NCBI GenBank assembly: GCA_008632985.1
Contig: QPGO01000212.1
Span: 62,001 to 117,876, forward strand
DNA: 55,876 nucleotides
Reading direction: 5' to 3'
Source: Psammoneis japonica
Taxonomy: Eukaryota
Made by a program: the position numbers and the translations under genes. This document shows, one piece after another, positions 49,201 through 55,876 of this stretch (the first letter of the stretch is position 1; each line of letters opens with the position of its first letter). The notes under the pieces are model-generated. The model did not search any database and was not told the origin of the DNA. It saw only the letters and a program-made list of their open reading frames with translations.

Positions 49201-52200
49201 TTGCATGGTCCTTCCGGCCAGTACCGAAGAAGGGAAGCTTTTGAAGAAGCGATACGCCGTATTCAACTTTGACGGTTCACTTGCCGAGCTAAAGGGATTT
49301 GAGCTGAAGCGACGAGGAGAACTTGAGTTGATCAAGACTTTCCAGTCGCAGGTTTGAACGATTTCTCGATGGAAACTCTCTTGCCGAATGTTACGATAGC
49401 GTTGCGGAAGTTGCTAATCATTGGATCGACGTGTTGGATACACGTGGTGAAAGCCTCGAGACGGACGAGCTCGTCGACCTCATTAGCGAGAACCGAAGCA
49501 TGAGTCGCCAGCTGGAAGACTACGGCGACCAAAAGGGAACTTCGCAGACCACGGCGAGACGTCTTGGAGAGTTTTTGGGAGCGGAAATCATCAAGGACAA
49601 GGGTCTTAACTGCAAGTTATCATCGCAGAGCAGCCGTATGGTCTCCCAGTGACGGAGCGTGCCATCCCAACTGCTATTTGGAAAGCCGAGCCCGCAGTTA
49701 TGAAACATTACCTGCGAAAGTGGCTTAAAGCACCCGGTCTCAACGACGACGACTTTGACATTAGAAATGTACTGGACTGGGAATACTACGCGGATCGTTT
49801 AGGGAAAACTATTCAGAAGATTATCACTATCCCGGCTGCGCTGCAAAAGGTGTCCAACCCCGTGCCGCGTGTGCCCCATCCGGCGTGGCTGGATGCAAAG
49901 GTCAAGCAGCTGAATGATCGCTTCCAGCAACAAAGTATTTTGAGCATGCTTACGGTCAAGCCGGTGGTGAAGAAGGCAGCAGCTCCGGCGTTGGGAGATA
50001 TGGAAGATTTTGGCTCAACTGGTAACCGTTCAAAGCGCCCCGTCGTTCATGCTGCACGACGAACTGAACGCGTTACGGCTCAGAAGTCCCCGGAAAAGGC
50101 CACCGATACCACAAGCAATGCCCGTGTAGAGCTGTCTCAAGAAAATTTTGGTGGCTGGCTCAAGCATAAGAAAGCTCAATGGCGAAGAGTAACAGAAAAC
50201 GCCTGAAGCAAAGTGGCAACAGCTCTACGCGGAAAGGATATCCTGCAATCGCGAGCGCCGTACAACCTGCAAAGAAGCCTAAGCATCAAGTCAGCAGCAT
50301 GGAAGGATACATACGAGATGCTACTTTGGCCCGTAACCGACACGAGTGGCATGTCATTGAAGCTCGTGAGTTATCCAAGTCAGAAACTGGTTTGTCATCA
50401 AACGGAGAGTTTCTGCTGTGGGTCATGGTGGGAAATGAATCGCTCCTCAAGGTACATGTGAACGTCCCCCGTGTTTTGTACGTCACAACGCTTCAAGAGA
50501 TCACGCATGATTCTGCAAACATCATTTCGATGAAGCGATTGGAGAAGCATCTGCCACAGGGAAAGAGCTCAGCGTTCACATACGAGATTGCAATGTCGGA
50601 GCACGTTTACAGAAACAAGAAATGGTCTAAATATCTACGTCCCGTCACTTCAGCTGGGATCGAGGACGAGTCGCGCCGCGAGGCTGTCCTAGAGAGCATA
50701 TATGAAACTGGGACTCCATTGATGTTCCGTACGTTAATGGATTTGGGATGCGTACTCAGACTCTCACCATCTGCCGCGTCCCAAGACAGGAATCGTAAGT
50801 CTTACGCCTTGTCGGATTTACAGCGCGTCAACCGTCCGGCCGAAGGAGAGTATCTTAGCAAACATATGGCGTACAAACGAATCTTTATTTATGTCGCTAC
50901 GAATACAAAGTCCAAGACAGGAATCGTGGCCATGTTCGAGATGGACGGTGGCAAAGGAGAAAACAGGCCTGATGTGACACGGCCAGATATGCTTGAGAAA
51001 CAGAGTTTTCAAATGAATTCATCCTTGACGGTATGGGTAGTAAAGCCAGGGTCTTCCCGAGGCAGAAGAACTTATCAATCAAGAACTGCGAATCCTTGTT
51101 CGCGCAGCTACTGGAAACGATCACGGACCTTTCGAATGAAGCGGAGGCTTCCGGCCAGAAGTCTGAGTACAGCAGTCTATCCCCCGGAGCTACTGTAACA
51201 TTTCGGAGTTGAAGTTTGTCGACAGTGACAAGCAAGCGTTGTCTGGCGTCAACGAGGTGCTCAGCTCGTACGGCCAATCTAATCAAGGTCCTACATTTGT
51301 GCTCCTCAATAGCAGCAAACCGTTGCCGTACCTCCGTCGCGCAGTTCCAAGTTTCAATTCGTTTCCGATCATCAGTTTGCCTTTTCCACCTGGTCCTACC
51401 CACAACCCTTCTTCGATGAATCTGCCCGCATTGAATTGGGAGCCAACGGCAGTGCAGCTCTGCATGGAAGCATACTTCTACATGGGCGTTGTTTCCTTCC
51501 CCAAGCGCGTCTCTTATGCCAGATATGGGCAGGTGCCGGTTGGAAATCTCGATCAAGATGAAACTGTTACATTGTACGACGTTGGATTTGGTCGCCAGCT
51601 CCAAAAAAGTCGGACTATATCGTGGGCAAGCGCGACTCATCCTGACTTTGGAATATCGTTCTCCAAGGTGATTGCGAAACCGATGAAACTTCCAACCTTT
51701 CAAACCAAAACGAAATTTGGGGCGACGATGATGAGCTCATTAGTCCGGTTGTTCGTCATCCTGGCTCTTATCGTTGTGTATGCGCTGAAATCGATATACA
51801 AGACCTGGCAATTGCTGCACTGACGGATGCTGCCGCTGCCGCTACTCTCCCTTCTGCCATGAGCCAAGCGGGCAACCCTACGTCACCGAGCAGCGTTACC
51901 ATGTTGATTCCTCATTTGACGGAATGAATTCCAAGGCTGCGGGACCCTTGGGGGACGAAATGTCAACATCCGTATCACTTCCGATTCTGCGTGCATTGAT
52001 CGGAGCTTGGCTTCACGCCTTCGAAGCAAACAGTCAAGTTGCAGACGACATGCTCCATAACGTGTATCGTCTTGTGTCGACGCCAGAGCCACTATTGAAT
52101 GACCCTGCTCTCCATCGAGTGATCCACTCATTGATGAAAGCGACTTTCTTTCGACTTCTTGGTGAACTGCAAAGACTTGGTTGTCATATCGTTTGTGCGA

Positions 52201-53420
52201 CATTTCGCAAGGTGATAGTCGCTACGAATAAGAGTAGCCTCTCCGACGCTGAGGAGTATGTCAACTTTGTCATTTCTACGATTCGAAATCGAAGCGGAGC
52301 ATCCGAGGGTAACCCGATGTTTGCAGGACTAGGTCGCATTGAGTTGCGTGCAAGCACCTACTTCTCACATTATCTCTTTCTTGACGAATACAACTACGGT
52401 GGTATTCATCTCGAGCGCCGTCAGCTGGAGGAGGGCGAAGAAATCGATTGGTTGATTCCAAGTGAAGACGAGGGTGGTATGCCAATCGTCCCAACGGTGG
52501 TAAGCGGTTGGAACATGATGCATTATTTGGGGAGCGAAATTGCGCAAGAGTACTTCCGAATCATTATTGGTCGCTTTTCTAAGGATGTTCTCCGGAAGCA
52601 GATTCAGCTTGAGGAGCGAGATGAAAACGCCATGTTGGAGGACGACGCTCTAAATACATACAAGAGGAAATTGATATCCAAGCACGCTTTGCTAACTACC
52701 TGACGAGAGCTGTGGGAGAGATCGAAGAGGAGGGAGGAGGGCCGGAAAGTTTTCCAGAATTACCCGGATCGCATCTCGTACTCACCAATCCTACCTTGGA
52801 ATTCATCAAGAGCGTCATGGTTGTATTGGAATTGGATTCCGACGTACAAAAGGAAGTACACGTATTGAAGAAGAGCTTGCTAGCTCAGACCGGAGTTCAG
52901 GAATATTCCAATGCTGCCAAGTGGGAAAACCCTTGCGCCTCTTTCGTCTTACCCGACGTGTTTTGTATGGAGTGTCATGAATGTCGTGACGTGAATCTCT
53001 GTGATCTCCCGCCACTGAATGAAGAAGAGAGAACTCAATTGGTAAGTCTCGTGGACAGAACTTGTCATCGCTAGAGGCGTGTCTACAATGTATCTCATGT
53101 GGTCGACTCCTTCTTCGTTACAGAGACAGTGGGAATGTGAAGACTGCGGCACCCCGTACGATTCGCAGGACATAGAACGAAGACTTGTAGATCTTTGCAA
53201 TCGAAAAGCCATTCGTTATCAGTTGCAGGATGTGCGGTGCACCAAGACTGGTGCAGTTGGGACGAGAGCCATGTCACGGCAATCCGATTGTTCGGCTGAG
53301 CTACAGCTGGACATCCCTCGGGAACAGGCATTGTCACAGTTGAAGATTATCAATAATCTTGCTTCGTTTCATGGCTTGGAATGGTTGGCCGAAATGACGC
53401 AAGACCTGCTCAAACTCTGA
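46205..53420 (+). CDS. POLE: DNA polymerase epsilon catalytic subunit; introns 46460-46550, 48146-48219, 53042-53123; many apparent assembly frameshifts
   Basis: [16 protein letters not shown], Exo[16 protein letters not shown], Exo[12 protein letters not shown], motif [19 protein letters not shown], motif [12 protein letters not shown], motif [11 protein letters not shown]-terminal Cys clusters and YQLQDVRC. Confidence 0.97.
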
Positions 53421-53975
53421 TTTATATAGTGCCGATGCACAACGAGGTGGCGAGTTCAGATGGTATACCGTGTCTCCACTCTAGAATCCACCGTTGACAA
53501 TCTCAGCAAGATTTCACATTTTTTTAGAAGTTAGGTATGTAAATTAGGAGACTTTCGCTTTGACCTCTCGGATCCAGGTCCATGGCTACTAGTTGGCTCG
53601 ACCGACTCTCGTCGTTGCTTTTGCATCTCAACCTTCAAATCAATTTCATTGCAGAAAAAACTTCTAAACTAGATAATGTTTCCCAATGTCTATCTTCTAT
53701 GCCTCAATCATCCTTTTCCGCGAACAGTGCCTACGACGTGCTATAATAACTACCTCATTCTACCGGTAGGCACAAAAATTGCAACGACACGGATCTTGCA
53801 GCCAGCATGGCACCTACGGTATTGTGGACACGAATGACACACCGTCTCTGAGCGCCAGGTTGCCATTTTTGCCAGAGAACAACAGGGGCGATGACAACGT
53901 CGAACCAAGCAACTCCGAGACGTCTTGTTCGGTGTGGATGGGAGCTTGAGTTAAGTCTATATTCTATGCCATTAT

Positions 53976-55810
53976 CTATTGAAGTGCATTCATTTCCTTA
54001 AGCTCTTTCATTAGCGACAGCTGCGATGTGATGGGCGCAATAGTATTGGCGGCGATGGTTCCGCTGGCCGCGACACCTGGGAGTCCGATACCCGGAAAAG
54101 AGCTGTCCCCACAAGCATAAAGATTTTCAATTGGAGTCGTTGCACCTGCCAGTTCCCAAACGTCCTTGCCAGGATTGACTCCCGGACCGTAGGTTCCCTT
54201 GTATCGCTGGTTATACCTTCGATGTGTCAAGGGAGTGCCAACCAGTACGACACTGCCTGGTCGCTTCGCTCGTTCTCTAACATCAGGAATGACGCACTCA
54301 ACAGCTTTCCATAAAGCCTCGGCCTTCTGAGCCTTAAGTTCTTCGTAACCTTCTTTCTTGTTGTAGGCCTGAGAAGTACCAGAGTTTGGACTGGAGCCAA
54401 CTTTTCCAGTCTCGTCCTGAAACCGCACCCACTCGTCAAAGCTATCGCTGGCAGCCGTGTATGCATGTNCAATGTGATAGCCTTGGGAGCGAGACTTTCG
54501 TCAAAGACGGTTGGAATGGAAATGATGGACATGTTTTGTTCACCGGTAACGGGAAGGTCAAAATTCAAAACCGAATGGTGGCATTCTAGTTCTGGCAGCC
54601 CTTCTTTGGGAATGCCCAGGTGCAGATGCATAAAGCTTCTTGTGTAGCTCATTTCATCAGCTTGTTTCTGAATTTTGTGGTACGCCTTTGTTTTCGGATT
54701 CTCAGCATCGTCTAGATTGACCGAGTCTTTTAGAATTCGTGCATAGTTCCAAAGAGGCGCATTGCTGACAACTCCATGCTTGGCCTTGATCTTGGTACCG
54801 CCCGACAACTCCACTCCAATGCACCTTGGTTTCTCCGATTCCTCGTCAAACAAGAACCTTTCGACTCTGCTATTTACACGCAGCTCCCCACCATGATTCT
54901 CCATTCCCTTGACAAGTGCTTGTATAAGAGCATCCATTCCACCCATGGGATAGTCCAAAACCGCACCCCGCTTGTGCAGGTCTGACATCATGTATGCGAC
55001 CGGAGCTCCTTGTGTGTTGGAAGCATCCACTCCAGAGAGGGCAAAGGCCAAGTAGTCGAACCATTTGCAAAGAAACGGGTCTTTAAGGTCGTATAGGTCC
55101 ATTGTATTTGTAAAAGGACCAGTGAGAAGTAGGCCCTTGGTTCCAATGCTCATCAATTTGAGTAGGTACTGAAACATGGAAATCACAGCTCCAATCCCCC
55201 CACGAAGAGCGAAAGAAGGAATATACGCCGATACTTGAGCCAGTCCACCCTCTCCTAATATTTCATTCTAAACTTTTCAAATGCCCTTCGAGATTCGGTC
55301 CTGCCTTTTTTCAATGCCTTTTCAAAGTCGACCACCGTCTCCGGCAGTCATCTTAAATGCCTCGCCGTCTGCATAGTCGTGGATCAACCAGCCGTCGTAT
55401 TGTTTCCAGTCGACATCATTCGCAGTTCCAATCGCATCCAGCACCTGTCTCAAAGGATTGGTACTCTTGGAGGACAATCCAGTAATCAAGGACGGGCCGG
55501 AATCAAAACGAAACGGAACATCCTTGGAAGCGGTGCTGTATCTGGAAAAGGAATGAGCACGCCGGCCCGGGTGTGTCGTGTGCTTCCAAGCAGACAGTTT
55601 TAAAAGCCATATTTGGATGTGAGAGCACCACAAGACAAACCACCGAATCCGGCACCAACCACAATTACATCCACCACCTCCCCCTCCTCCACACTCTCGT
55701 CTGATGCAGAAAGCCGAAATGGAAACGAGCGGCCCCACCTTTGCTTGGGCGGCGCAAAACGCCTCGACAGAAAAGCACAGTCAGCGCAATGCTAGATACC
55801 TCCGTAACAT
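53976..55810 (-). CDS. Carotenoid isomerase (CRTISO)-like FAD oxidoreductase, probably plastid-targeted; several apparent frameshifts
   Basis: Dinucleotide-binding DVIVVGAGFGG, FDSGPSL, YPMGG, SFMHLHLG, GTPLTHRRY and CGDSSFPGIGLPGVAASG. Start at ~55810 is inferred; the paralogue cannot be assigned. Confidence 0.8.
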
Positions 55811-55876
55811 GGTTCAAGACTTTTCCTCGGATGAGAAAAATGCAGATATGCATGTGCTTCTTGCGATCCAGTGACT

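Noticed and set aside
46205..53420. POLE as a pseudogene or a programmed-frameshift gene
   Set aside because: It is an essential gene with intact catalytic motifs. Scattered 1-bp losses also occur in all other host genes here and an N is present at ~54469, so uncorrected assembly indels are the simpler explanation.

Overview
Eukaryotic nuclear DNA, most likely from a diatom. Support: GT-AG introns, signal-peptide plus 'AF'-type bipartite plastid presequences, and Copia and LINE elements of diatom type. Five host genes are present: an alpha/beta hydrolase, a secreted S8 subtilase, a class I SAM methyltransferase, DNA polymerase epsilon catalytic subunit and a CRTISO-like oxidoreductase. Their scattered 1-bp frameshifts look like assembly errors. 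The genes are interleaved with transposon blocks: a Sola1-like DNA transposon nested in a non-autonomous TIR element; a ~19 kb block holding an Ngaro/DIRS-like retroelement, a SET-domain ORF, a TET/JBP-like 2OG-Fe(II) dioxygenase ORF and a Helitron-type Rep/helicase; a decayed LINE; and a Copia LTR element. The main observation is that transposon DNA, but not host genes, has lost TpA dinucleotides through TpA->TpG/CpA transitions. Conserved Tyr residues have become Cys or His, and paired LTRs, direct repeats and a TSD differ at TA sites on both strands. This looks like a repeat-targeted, post-insertion hypermutation opposite in direction to fungal RIP. The second lead is Helitron-associated chromatin/DNA-modifying cargo (TET/JBP-like plus SET). 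All family calls come from motif recognition by eye, and all counts are manual.
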